A stretch of 63,506 nt of DNA, filler included, from Reclinomonas americana ATCC 50394 (lineage: Eukaryota): assembly GCA_048213135.1 (NCBI GenBank). It is 7 parts of 6 records of this genome, joined end to end, with 100 filler letters (N's around TTAATTAATTAA, not from the genome) between each part and the next. Parts side by side here need not be neighbours in the genome. Positions count along the whole stretch, not along the records: positions 17,131 to 38,322 come from PS015596.1; 6 more parts are not named here. One strand, 5' to 3'. This document shows positions 23,951-35,709 of this stretch, piece by piece. Positions within the stretch are counted from its first letter, which is position 1. Each line of letters opens with the position of its first letter. The position numbers were made by a program, and so were the translations under genes. Under the pieces are notes generated by a model that worked only from the letters and a program-made list of their open reading frames with translations, was not told the origin of the DNA and did not search any database.

Positions 23951-25923
23951 CTATCGGTGGCGATGGCGGTGTCTCTCTGGCGACCGACTGCGGTGACGGT
24001 GACGGCTGTGGTGGTCGTCGTGGTGATGGCGATGATGTGACGAAGAAGAGTGTCGGTGATGTCGGTCGTCGGGCTCGCCTCGCTCTCGCGACGAGTGGTG
24101 GCGTGCTGCTGGTGGTGGTGGTGGTGGTGGTGGTGGTGGCGATGGTGAGCGCGGTCGACGGCGCGATGCATCGGATCGCTGGAAGCGCTGTCGATGGCTC
24201 TCAAAGCGCAGCAGCAACGGATGATTCTGCGGGTGGATGATCTCTGCCATCGTGCACGATGAGACGGAGGTGCGCGGGTGTACAAAGGGAGAAAGAGCGC
24301 GAAACTGGCGGCCAGCTGTGGATCACGGGGCGGTTTGAAGGGGCGATCGGGGCCGCCGAAGCGAAGCTGGCCGGACTCCTTGCGACCGCCGAGGCCGCCG
24401 CCTGGAAGAAGACGAGAAGGAAGGAAGATGGGGAAGGGGGAATGGAAAAGAAAAGGAGTGTGTGTGTGTGAGAGAGAGAGATACGCACCATATCGACGCG
24501 GAACCCAGCCCGGCATGGTTCGGCCGCGTTCAAAGTCCACCAACACCGGCGCGTGATCAATGAGCTGCCGATGGCATTGCTGCGAGGAGGTGGAGGTGAG
24601 GGGCACGGGATGGAGAAGAAAGAGGGGGAGGGAAAACTGGGGGGAGAGCACGCACTGCTTGCGCTCGCTCGGCCTCCTCCGCTCGTTCGTACTCGATGAA
24701 GGCATAGCGTCGCGATTGGCCCGTAACTGTGTGGCGTGTGAGTAGAAGGGAGGTGGGGAAGGGGATGGAGGAAGAGGAAGAGGAGGAGGAGGAGGAGGAG
24801 GAGGAGGAGGATGAAGGGAAGATAAAGAGGAAGTGGTGGAGGTCAGCAAGGGAAGGAAGGAGGAAGGAAGACGAAGAAGTAGAAGAAAAAGAGCCGCAAG
24901 AGGAGAAGGGAGAGGAAAGGAAGAACAAGGAGAATGGGATCAAAAGAAGGACACAGGAACCGAGAAGAAGAGGATGGTGCACCATGTGGACACAAGAGAG
25001 AACACCAAAGGCATGGACGAAGAGGAGAAGAAAGAGAAGAAGGATGAGGAGAGAAGGTGAGGAACAAGATAGAACATAGAGCCAAGGGCGCAAGAGAGCA
25101 CCCGGATGAGAAGGAGAAAATGAGAGAAAGACAACCGAGCAATCCCTTTCCCTCTTGCGCACCAATGTCGCGGACCAGTCGCAAGTGAACAATGGTCCCG
25201 TGTCGACCAAAGACCTCGCGCAGAGTCTCTTCGGTGGTCGCCGGGTTCAGTTTCCCAACAAAGATCAAGCATTGTGGGTGATCAGCGGCAAGCATCTTGG
25301 GATCGGAGTCTGGGGCGACTGAGAGAGACAACAGAGACAGTGAGAGCGAGAGAGAGAGAGAGAGAGAGACAGGAGGGCTTTCCTCTTCTTCACAGGAGGA
25401 GGAACAAGAAGAAGAACAAGAAGAAGAAGAAGAAGAAGAAGAAGAAGAAGAAGAAGAAGAAGAAGAAGAACAAGAAGAACAGAAGAAGGACCGAAGAGGA
25501 AGAAATAGAAGAAGAAGAAGAACAAGAAGAACAAGAAGAACAAGAAGAAGAAGAAGAAGAAGAAGAAGAAGAAGAAGAAGAAGAAGAAGAAGAAGAAGAA
25601 GAAGAAGAAGAACTAGAAGGAAGAAGAAGAAGATGAAGAAGAAGATGTAGAAGAAGAAGAAGAAGAAGAAAAGAAAGTGAAGAAGAAGAAGAAGGCTGTT
25701 ACTGTCCTTCTTCCTCTTATCTCTCTCTCTCTCACTCACAGTTCGCTTGCTGTGCTCGAATGACTGCATGATCATGCGGAACAACATCAGTGCCATCAAT
25801 GGAGGCCGCTTGCACAGGGTCCTGTGAGACACCATAGTTCAGTGTGCATTTGAGAGAGAGGGAGCGAAGGGTGAGCTCACGCGCAACGTAGTGCACGGCG
25901 AGCCATTCTCCGCCTTTCAGCAT
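23951..25923 (-). CDS. SNRNP35: U11/U12 snRNP 35 kDa protein (minor spliceosome), 7 exons
   Basis: Spliced: [30 protein letters not shown], an RRM (IFVGKLN...SRRYAFIEY), [42 protein letters not shown] and an R/H/S-rich tail. These motifs are characteristic of U11-35K rather than U1-70K. Confidence 0.92.
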
Positions 25924-26851
25924 CAATGTGTGAGATGGTGTGTCCTGTGACAACTGCAGCTTTTCTGAGTTGCCAGAGGAGGTGACACTGTGAAGTACAT
26001 GTACTTCTGGAAGCTGCAGCAATTGCCGGATTTGCACGAAGACAAATGCTTGAGAAACGGCGATCGACGTCGAGTCTTGTTCGACGTTGCCTTGGAAACA
26101 AGAAGCAGATGCGCGATGATCAACGTCTTGAGTGAGCAGCGGCCACACAGCCGGCCGCCTGCCCTCAGCCCACCGTGATCAGAGGCCACTTGCAATCTGT
26201 CCGTGCTGTTTGGATGCATACTGCACTCTGCAACACATGCCAAGACCGCGCGTTCCTACTCCTCCAAGGAATGCCAGCGGTACAGATAGCGAGAGGCGGT
26301 TGCAGGGAAGGTCTGAGTCCAAGACGAAACGACGCATAAACAATCAAACTTCTCTATCACTACATGGTGTCGCTGCAAAAAAAAGTTCTCAATCCTGCCC
26401 CACATGGCGAGCTCCACCGGCCTGTGGCTTACTCGCACCGCAACACGAGCCCGCAAATGCCAATTCCTTGATACCACAAGAAGCATGGTGTCGATGCATC
26501 CCCGCGTGTCTGGCGAGCTCCTGTATCTGCGAATGCTCACCACCAGAAACTATTCATCCCTTGCGTCGCAGCCTTGGGTCATTCCCTGCTTCGCTTGCGA
26601 GCTCCACCTGCTCGTCGACGCACAAGCACCTTCACCACATGGCGAATGCCCACCACAAGCAACCACGCACTTACTCCCCGCCTCTCTGGCGAGCTAGCAC
26701 CTCCTGCGATCGCTTCATTCGATCACGTACTGCCTCCCCTCGCAAAACACACCTCATTCGAGCTCCACGCCAATGCCAGCGCAGCGTGTCGGGGGAGCGC
26801 ACAGTGTGCGGCCAGCGCACCATTACATCCTTTCGACAGCACCATTGTCGT

Positions 26852-27078
26852 TATCGCAACAGCACCGTGATCGTATCGCCTGCGCATGCGGATCAGCACT
26901 CCGTTTCTTGATCTTATCCCACATACACACACCACCTCACCCTCATGCACGAGGCAATCCCACAGCGTGGCAGCGTCGTTGTCCAGCATGACACCGCGTC
27001 GCATGAGCACAATCTGCGACACGGGCCAGCCTTTGAGTTGCTCCAGTGATCGCTTCACAAAGCCAATGGTGTCGGTCA
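26852..27078 (-). CDS. Ubiquitin-like domain protein, 3' exons (5' exons not resolved)
   Basis: TDTIGFVKRSLEQLKGWPVSQIVLMRRGVMLDNDAATLWDCLVHE|GDTITVL resembles ubiquitin SDTIENVK...QQRLIFAGKQLED.RTLSDYNI..ESTLHL. No C-terminal GG seen. Confidence 0.65.
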
Positions 27079-27162
27079 CTGTGAGAAGGGGAAGGGAGGT
27101 AAGGGAAAGGGAGGTCAAGGGAAAGGGAGGATTGAGGAGGGAGTGAATGAGCCGAATGACAC

Positions 27163-27211
<49 letters not shown>

Positions 27212-27343
27212 TGGTGAGAGAGAGAGAATACAGCGCCAGGTGACTCAGCAACGAGCGTGAGTGCTTCTGCACAAAAAAACTCGCTCAAAAATCACTCTGT
27301 GACTGAAATCAACAGTCTCCTTCTCTCTTTCTCTTTACACACT

Positions 27344-27721
27344 CAACATAGCAAGCTATTCACAGTAAACGCCGGTGACGTCAGCTGCTCAACCCACATT
27401 TTCATCGCACACAAACAACAACAAATAAACAAAGAAAAGAGAAATGTAAGACGAGAGACTGAGAGAACGATGATGTGTGTGAGGGAGAGAGAGAGAGAGA
27501 AGGAGAGAGAGAGACAGAAAGAAAGAATGCAGTGAGCAGGTGACTTGGAAACAAGTGAGAGTGTGAGGCAGAGGGAGCTGCCTGCGTAAAAACTCTCTCG
27601 CAAAAATCTCCTTCTCTCTCACTCTCTCCCTTCTCTCCTTTTCACACGCAACATAGCAAGCTATTCACTGTAAACGCTGGTGACGTCAGCTGCTCAAACC
27701 ACACTTTCATCGCACACAAAC
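27344..27721. repeat. Direct repeat with a ~73-nt highly conserved core (27344-27416 and 27649-27721)
   Basis: CAACATAGCAAGCTATTCACWGTAAACGCYGGTGACGTCAGCTGCTCAA...TTTCATCGCACACAAAC twice, in diverged low-complexity flanks. Confidence 0.9.
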
Positions 27722-27798
27722 AACAAACAAAAGCACAAACAAACCACAGAGACAAAGCGAGCACACTCTCTCTTTCCCTCACTCACTCACAGAGCGCG

Positions 27799-30654
27799 AT
27801 GGGGTGCGGTGTTTCCAAGCAGCACGTAATGAAGGTAACACACACACATACACTCGTCCGCTCTCTCACAGTCACTCACTCTCTCTCTCATTGTTGAAGA
27901 CGCCACTGTCGGCAATCAATGTTTCGTATAACACACACAAAAAGCGCGCGTTTTTTTATGAAGTATATAGTGTGTGTGTTTTTTTCAAGAGCTCTTTCAT
28001 ACAGGAGAACATGGAGTCGGAGTTGAGCAAGGAGGATCTGGAAAAGGTCGCGCATCAGATGCAACTGTTGCGTTTTTAGTCATCAGTCGCTTGCGGAATA
28101 TCGGAATCCATATGTTGTGGCATTCATGTATGCTTTTCGTGCTGGTTTGGTGGTGGTTTCATGCGTAGGTTTACGCAGACGGCGTTTTTCCGGCAGTTGC
28201 GGGAGAGAGAGAGGGAGAGAGAGAATGAGAGAGAGAGATTACGTCACCGCGGTGCCAGTCATTGGGGAAGTCAACGAGAGAGAGAGGGAGATAGAGGAGA
28301 GAGAGATCTTGTGCTCTTCTTTGTTTGCACTGTCCGCGATCGACTGTTCAGAGTGTGTTTTCTGCATTGTGTCGCTCGCTTGTATCTGCTCAGTGTTGCC
28401 TTGTGCGTCTCTCTGGCTGCTGCCTGCGACCCGCTCGTGCTCTTGTCTTTGTTGCCTCGCAAACGCGTGCGACACCTGTGTCTGTGGCTGATGTCGTGTG
28501 ATCTGCTCGTGCTCTCGTCTTTGTTTCTCGCCCTCTCTCGAACCGAGCGCTTTGCGTGCGACACCTGTGACTGCAGCTACTGTCGTGTGATCGGCTTGTG
28601 CATTCTTCCTCGTCTATCGCTGTCTTTCGGGCAAGTACATTCCGTGGTCTGCCTTGTGCGTCTCAGACAGATGCCTATGATCCGCTTGTGCGGGGTCTCG
28701 GTGTCTGCTGAGAGTGCATTGCGTGCGACTCCGGTGTCTGTGGCTGCTGTCGTGTGACCCGCTCGTCCTGTCGCCTTTGTTTCTCGCTGTCTCTCGAGCA
28801 TTAACTTTCCGTTGTCTGCACTCTACGTCTCAGACAGCTGCCTATGATCTGCTCGTGCTCTCGTCTTTGCTTCTCGTCCTCTCTCGAACCTAGCGCTTGC
28901 ATGCGACTCCGATGTCTATGGCTGCTGTCGTGTGATCGGCTCGTCGTCTCTCTCGCTCGGTGCGTGTTTCGCCCTCTCCTCTCTCTCCCCCTTCTCTCGT
29001 CACATACATCCCTTGTCGCTTTCCCCTTCCCTTTATCCTCCCTTATCCTTTCTTCTCTCTTCTCTCCTGCTTTCTCCTCCCTCCCTTTCCCCTTTCTCCT
29101 CCCTTCCCCCTTCTCCCCCGTCTCACTCCTCCTCTCTTGCAGATTATCCGACGGCGCGTTCGACCAATTCGACAAGGATCACTCGGGGCACATTGACGCT
29201 GCGGAGCTCGACGCCGCGCTGACCGCATTCTTCTCTGGTTCTGTACTGCCACCTCGGGTCACCCCGCCCTTTTCCTCTTTCTCATCCGGGTCGCAGACAT
29301 GGCCGCCCTGGCGCGATCGCGGCAGCAGGTCGCCGAGACCATGCAAAAGGTGCAAAGACCGACGAGAGAGGACGCCGAGCGCATCTTTGCGGAGCTTGAC
29401 ATGGATCACAACGGGAAGCTGGATGTTGCGTGCCCGGGGAGGAGGATTGCATGTTGAGAAGGCNNNNNNNNNNNNNNNNNNNNNNNNNNNNNNNNNNNNN
29501 NNNNNNNNNNNNNNNNNNNNNNNNNNNNNNNNNNNNNNNNNNNNNNNNNNNNNNNNNNNNNNNNNNNNNNNNNNNNNNNNNNNNNNNNNNNNNNNNNNNN
29601 NNNNNNNNNNNNNNNNNNNNNNNNNNNNNNNNNNNNNNNNNNNNNNNNNNNNNNNNNNNNNNNNNNNNNNNNNNNNNNNNNNNNNNNNNNNNNNNNNNNN
29701 NNNNNNNNNNNNNNNNNNNNNNNNNNNNNNNNNNNNNNNNNNNNNNNNNNNNNNNNNNNNNNNNNNNNNNNNNNNNNNNNNNNNNNNNNNNNNNNNNNNN
29801 NNNNNNNNNNNNNNNNNNNNNNNNNNNNNNNNNNNNNNNNNNNNNNNNNNNNNNNNNNNNNNNNNNNNNNNNNNNNNNNNNNNNNNNNNNNNNNNNNNNN
29901 NNNNNNNNNNNNNNNNNNNNNNNNNNNNNNNNNNNNNNNNNNNNNNNNNNNNNNNNNNNNNNNNNNNNNNNNNNNNNNNNNNNNNNNNNNNNNNNNNNNN
30001 NNNNNNNNNNNNNNNNNNNNNNNNNNNNNNNNNNNNNNNNNNNNNNNNNNNNNNNNNNNNNNNNNNNNNNNNNNNNNNNNNNNNNNNNNNNNNNNNNNNN
30101 NNNNNNNNNNNNNNNNNNNNNNNNNNNNNNNNNNNNNNNNNNNNNNNNNNNNNNNNNNNNNNNNNNNNNNNNNNNNNNNNNNNNNNNNNNNNNNNNNNNN
30201 NNNNNNNNNNNNNNNNNNNNNNNNNNNNNNNNNNNNNNNNNNNNNNNNNNNNNNNNNNNNNNNNNNNNNNNNNNNNNNNNNNNNNNNNNNNNNNNNNNNN
30301 NNNNNNNNNNNNNNNNNNNNNNNNNNNNNNNNNNNNNNNNNNNNNNNNNNNNNNNNNNNNNNGAGCTCTCACGCTACGTGCGCAGCGGGAGGAGTTTGCG
30401 AGATTTATGAGCCACTGCACGACCGAATCGGCGTTTGTGTTGGTCAAGTCGGGGGAGATCTCCGTGAGCGACATTGGCAAGGTGAGAGGGAGTTGTGTCT
30501 CTTTCTCACGGCCTTTCTACCTGTGTCGCGGTCTCCTGTCTTTCTGTTCTTCTTCTTCTTCTTTTCAGCTCTTGTTCTCTCTTGCTCTCCGTGTGAGGGG
30601 AGTGAGCATGTATGAATCTGACGCGTCGGTGCACAGGGCTTCCCGGTGGACTAG
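27799..30654 (+). CDS. EF-hand calcium-binding protein with a predicted acylated N-terminus
   Basis: MGCGVSK start; EF loops DKDHSGHIDAAE and DMDHNGKLD|REE; the hand-placed introns keep frame. Confidence 0.85.
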
Positions 30655-31042
30655 GGTGTAGAAACAACACGGGAGGATCTCCGTGAACAATGCTGGCAAG
30701 GTGAGAGGGAGTTGTGCCTCTGTCTTCCTCACGGCTTTGCTGGCCTCTCTACCGATGTCGCGGTCTCTTCTTATTAGTCTCAGCTCTGTTCTCTCTGCCT
30801 TTCTGATTGTGGGAATCGAGGGTGCACGACTCTGACGCGTGGGTGCGCAGGGCTTCCAGTACACGAGTTGTATAAATAAATTGTGTATTATCTATCAACA
30901 CAGGAGGTCTGACTTGCAGATTCAACTGAGGTGAGACGATAAATTTCAGGCACCGAGGCCTGTGTGTGATACATGAACAGAAGCTTGCAGCTGTTGCGAA
31001 TACTGCGAGGCAGCGGGAGCAAAAAACGTGTTCTGCAAATCG

Positions 31043-32608
31043 TTATCCGTCGGGGTACCAGTCGTGATCGATGGAGGTGCCGCAGCTGTGCAGATCCGCA
31101 CGAAATGAGCGGCAGCGGCAAAGACAGGATGGAAAACGAGAAACAGCAACGCAACATGCCGGTGGTGCCCGTGTACTGCCCACGACACACAAATTCATGA
31201 GGGCACTGTCAATCGGACAATTATACAAAGTGAGAGGCACTCACCTGCTTGATGGAAGGGCTGCCCCAACTGTGCATGGAGGAGGAAGTGTACGTGAGAG
31301 ACTCATCGCCGAGCACATCAATCACAGTAGGAGACGCACCCGCCGAACGAGCTCCAGTCGGAGAAGCTCGCGTTGTTGTCTGTGTGAGATATAAGTACAA
31401 AAAATTAGAGCGGCAGAAGCAGCAAGCGTCGCTGGAGATCATTTCGCACCGTAGTGAGCATCTGTGGCGGAGAACATGGATGTGGGTGAGAAGAAGCGCG
31501 GAGATTGAGAGAGATAACCGAAGAGACGCAACACCACAGCGGCAGGTTGCTGAAGCTCGTGTCCTGCGCAAGAATATGCACGCGTCAGCGAGGTGAAGCG
31601 GGCGCCAACACGAACAAATACAGTCATATGGCACTCGCAGAACGCACGGCGAGGAGAAGAGCACAAAGAGGGAACATTTCCTTCCACGCCTGTCGTACTC
31701 CCAGCACTTCTCATTCTTGCTCTCTTCTCTTCTTGTGTCTCTCACTATGCATGCCGCACTCGCTTCTCTTTCCTTGGATGTTCTTCCCCCCCACGTCTCC
31801 TGTTCACCTCCATTCTTTTACTCGCTCTCATCGCTGTCTTCTTCTCCGTCTCTGCCCGCTCGGTCCTACTCTGCTTCCAAACCTTTGTTCACCTCGCTCT
31901 CTCTTTCTCTCACTCTCTCCCTTCGCTCCCTTTCTTTGTCTCTAACTCCTCCCTCTCAGAGCACGTTTAGATCTGCAAATCGTACTTGATTTCTCACTCT
32001 CTTCGCCTTCTTCTTCTTCTCCTTCCTCTGCTGTACTCAGCTGCTCAACCTGCACTTCAGTTCCCCCTGTCTCTCCCTCATCCTCTCCCCTTTTCCCTTT
32101 CCCCTCTCCCTCCCCTCTCTCTCTTCCTCTTGCGCAACTCCACACATGATCGGGTTCCACTGCGAGGCCGACGAGTAAATCGCAGGCTGGTGGCCGTGAG
32201 CGGAGATTGCATTCACCGCCTGGTGGAAGAAGTTGATGTTGGCTGCACACACACACCCCCACAACTCATCAGCAACACACCCACTCCATTTCCCGCTTCA
32301 TGCAGAGGCACTGCGCAACTGCCGCAGTCGCCGCTCCAGTGACCCGGCGACTCGATGTCGAGCCACACCGAGCCGTACTGCGCACCGCCGCCGTCGAGTG
32401 CGTTGAGGGCGTTGTTGACCTGCGCCGCCGCGTCCTTGGTCTGCGTGAGGAACAGGTACACGTCGACGTACACAAAGCCGGCAGCGCGGGCGCGGTTGAC
32501 GTCGTTGGCGGCGTACGGGTTGTACTCGCCGTCTGTGAGTGAGGAGAAGAGTGAGGGGAAGGGCGAGGAGAAGGGTGAGTGAAGGTAAGGGAAGGGTGAG
32601 GGAAAGGG

Positions 32609-32643
<35 letters not shown>

Positions 32644-34830
32644 GAGGAGGAGGAGGAGGAGGAGGAGGAGGAGGAGGAGGAGGAGGAGGAGGAGGAGGAG
32701 GAGAGAGAGAAGAGAGAGAGAGAGAGAGGAGAGAGAGTAGTAGTGAGAGAGAGAGAGAGAGAGAGACGACGAGAGAAGAAGAAGAAGAGAGAAGAAGAAG
32801 AAGAAGAGAGAGAGAGAGAGAGAGANNNNNNNNNNNNNNNNNNNNNNNNNNNNNNNNNNNNNNNNNNNNNNNNNNNNNNNNNNNNNNNNNNNNNNNNNNN
32901 NNNNNNNNNNNNNNNNNNNNNNNNNNNNNNNNNNNNNNNNNNNNNNNNNNNNNNNNNNNNNNNNNNNNNNNNNNNNNNNNNNNNNNNNNNNNNNNNNNNN
33001 NNNNNNNNNNNNNNNNNNNNNNNNNNNNNNNNNNNNNNNNNNNNNNNNNNNNNNNNNNNNNNNNNNNNNNNNNNNNNNNNNNNNNNNNNNNNNNNNNNNN
33101 NNNNNNNNNNNNNNNNNNNNNNNNNNNNNNNNNNNNNNNNNNNNNNNNNNNNNNNNNNNNNNNNNNNNNNNNNNNNNNNNNNNNNNNNNNNNNNNNNNNN
33201 NNNNNNNNNNNNNNNNNNNNNNNNNNNNNNNNNNNNNNNNNNNNNNNNNNNNNNNNNNNNNNNNNNNNNNNNNNNNNNNNNNNNNNNNNNNNNNNNNNNN
33301 NNNNNNNNNNNNNNNNNNNNNNNNNNNNNNNNNNNNNNNNNNNNNNNNNNNNNNNNNNNNNNNNNNNNNNNNNNNNNNNNNNNNNNNNNNNNNNNNNNNN
33401 NNNNNNNNNNNNNNNNNNNNNNNNNNNNNNNNNNNNNNNNNNNNNNNNNNNNNNNNNNNNNNNNNNNNNNNNNNNNNNNNNNNNNNNNNNNNNNNNNNNN
33501 NNNNNNNNNNNNNNNNNNNNNNNNNNNNNNNNNNNNNNNNNNNNNNNNNNNNNNNNNNNGAGAGAGAGAGAGAGAGAGAGAGAGGAGGAGGAGGAGGAGG
33601 GAGGAGGAGGAGGAGGACGAGGAGGAGGACGAGGAGTGAGAAACAAGAGGAAACGAGAGAGAAAAGTGGGTGCGAGAGAGAGTATGTGCGAGAACATAGG
33701 GATGAGCAGGCAACGGGGACAGAGAAAAGAAGAAGACTGAAAAGGAGAAAAAGGCAGAAAGAAGAAGGGAGAGAGAAGAGAGAGTCAGCGAGACAAGGAC
33801 AGATACGGAGACAGTTGGGCAGCGAGAACGGGATGGTGGAGTGAGAGGGGCAGAAAGAGGAGGACAGAAAAGAGGGGGACGTGCGGAGGAAGGAACAAAG
33901 AGAGGGAGACAAATACAGAGAGAAAGAAAGACAGAGAGAGAATGAAAGGCACAGAAACAGTAAGGCAGCGAGAATGGGAGGGGAGGGCGGGAGAGGGATG
34001 GAAGGAGGGGACATGCAAAAGAAGGAACAAGACAAAGTGGGGGAGATAGAGAGAGGCAACGAGAAAGAAGAGGACAGAGACATAGAGACATAGAGAAAGG
34101 GAGAAGAAGCAGTAAGAACAGAGAGAGAGAGAGAGAGAGAGGTGGAGAGAGAGGCACAGACAGAAACGCGACGAGGAAGAAGAGGATGGAGACAGAGACA
34201 GACAACGAGAAGAAGCAGAAAGAGACCGATAGAGAGGTGGAGAGAGAGGCACATAGGCAGTCAGACAGTGAGAACGAAAGGATACAGAGCGAGATAAGAA
34301 TGCATCAGAATAATCTCCCTCTCTCATATCTCTCTCGCAGAGATCACGTACCACTGGTCATGGCTTGCACAATCGCGAAGCGGTAGCCATTGTTGAAGAG
34401 GCAGTTCCACGAGTCCTGACTCACGTCGCCTCTGTTGCAAAAAAAGAACAAAAAGAGAAGAGTGTGAGAGAGTGCAGAGAGAAGGAGGGAGAAAGATGAG
34501 AGAGACACAGAGAAGATGAAGAATAAGGAGGAGGAGGAGAAGAAGAATGAGCAGGAGGAGAAGAATGAGAAGAGGAAGAAGAAGAAGAGGAATGAGAAAG
34601 AGAAGAATGAGAGAGAGAGCATGTGTGTTGATGCGCAACTGGTAGTACGACAAGTCGAGGCCTGTGCATGCGTTTACACACAAGAGAGAGTGAGTGAGAA
34701 GTCATATGCTCTTTCCTTGTTTCTCTTTCTCTCTCTCTGTGTTTGACGACTTACCTGAGTAGGCCAGTGCGACTGGAGCCGCGACTGCCACAATGAGGCA
34801 GAGAGCAATGAGGAAAGAGAGCTTTGTCAT
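31043..34830 (-). CDS. GH25 (protist-type) lysozyme copy 1, 11 exons
   Basis: Signal peptide, then GLDLSYYQ, FAIVQA, YVDVYLF, VWLDIE (DxE), IYSSASQW, PLWYAHYD, FGGW..PSIKQY and CGTSIDHDWYP*. Ten GT-AG introns give one open frame. Confidence 0.93.
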
Positions 34831-35709
34831 TGCTCCGATAAGAGAGTGTGTGAGTGAGTGCGAGAAGAACTGAGCGAGATGCGAGAGGACACATTGCATT
34901 GCATTGGCATTTGCTTTGTGTTTTCTTATTGTGAGACAAAGTGCGAGTTGCAATGCGTGTGATATGCGAGGAGTTCCACTGTTCAACCACGCTTATGCGG
35001 TGCAGATCGCAGTTCTCGACTTGTTCGGAGATCCGAGGGCGAACACAGACACTCAAGAAACCTGCTGTCCTAAAGATCGATATGAACGCTGAATTTTTTA
35101 TCCAGTCATCAAGACAGCTGTTGCTTGTTTGTTGGTGAATGCACTTGTTGTTGTTTGTTGAACTATCGCAGTAAATAAGTGCTCACGGACGTGGCGAAGT
35201 CGGTCCGGACACTGCAGCTCGGACAACTAAACAGCATACTCAACGCTGCTCTCCTTCTCCCATCACTCCCTCACTCACCTCGGCGACGGCAGCACATCAT
35301 CATCCACCGACTCGGCGACGAGCGCCTCCAAGCACGGACCTCGCAGATACTGCCGCCACACATCTCTGCGGAGGGGCTTGGTGGCAATCTGCACCCACTG
35401 CACCAGATGCACTGGCTGCTGCGCCTTTGCTGCCACCGTCATAATGGAGTGCGTTGGCGTGCGTGCCAAGAACGGCACAAGAATGTCGAGACGATGAACA
35501 ACAAGCAGAAGAAGGTTGGCGTGGTGACTTGTTCGGCATTGGTCAATCGTGCTGGTGCATGAGAATGCATGACGTGCACACTGATGCTGCGCTGGGCATC
35601 CAGCAAGCCAAAGCAAAGAGAGGCGCGTCGATTTAAATTCAGGTATTGGGATGAGTGATACATACACAGAAGGAGACGAATGCCCGAGAGAGCAGCAACA
35701 AGAGTTGCG

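Noticed and set aside
26852..27078. Ubiquitin-like gene next to SNRNP35 as a possible SNRNP25 or fusion
   Set aside because: It ends at its own stop and looks like a generic ubiquitin-like domain; I see no SNRNP25-specific motif.
32213..34354. Long Ser/Leu/Pro-rich or Arg/Glu-rich ORFs in the ORF track (here and elsewhere)
   Set aside because: Translations of CT/GA microsatellite introns and N gaps.
34433..34639. Reading shifted donors as non-GT introns (...G|TTGCG)
   Set aside because: Keeping frame would need acceptors that do not end in AG; the GT...AG placement restores the protein cleanly.
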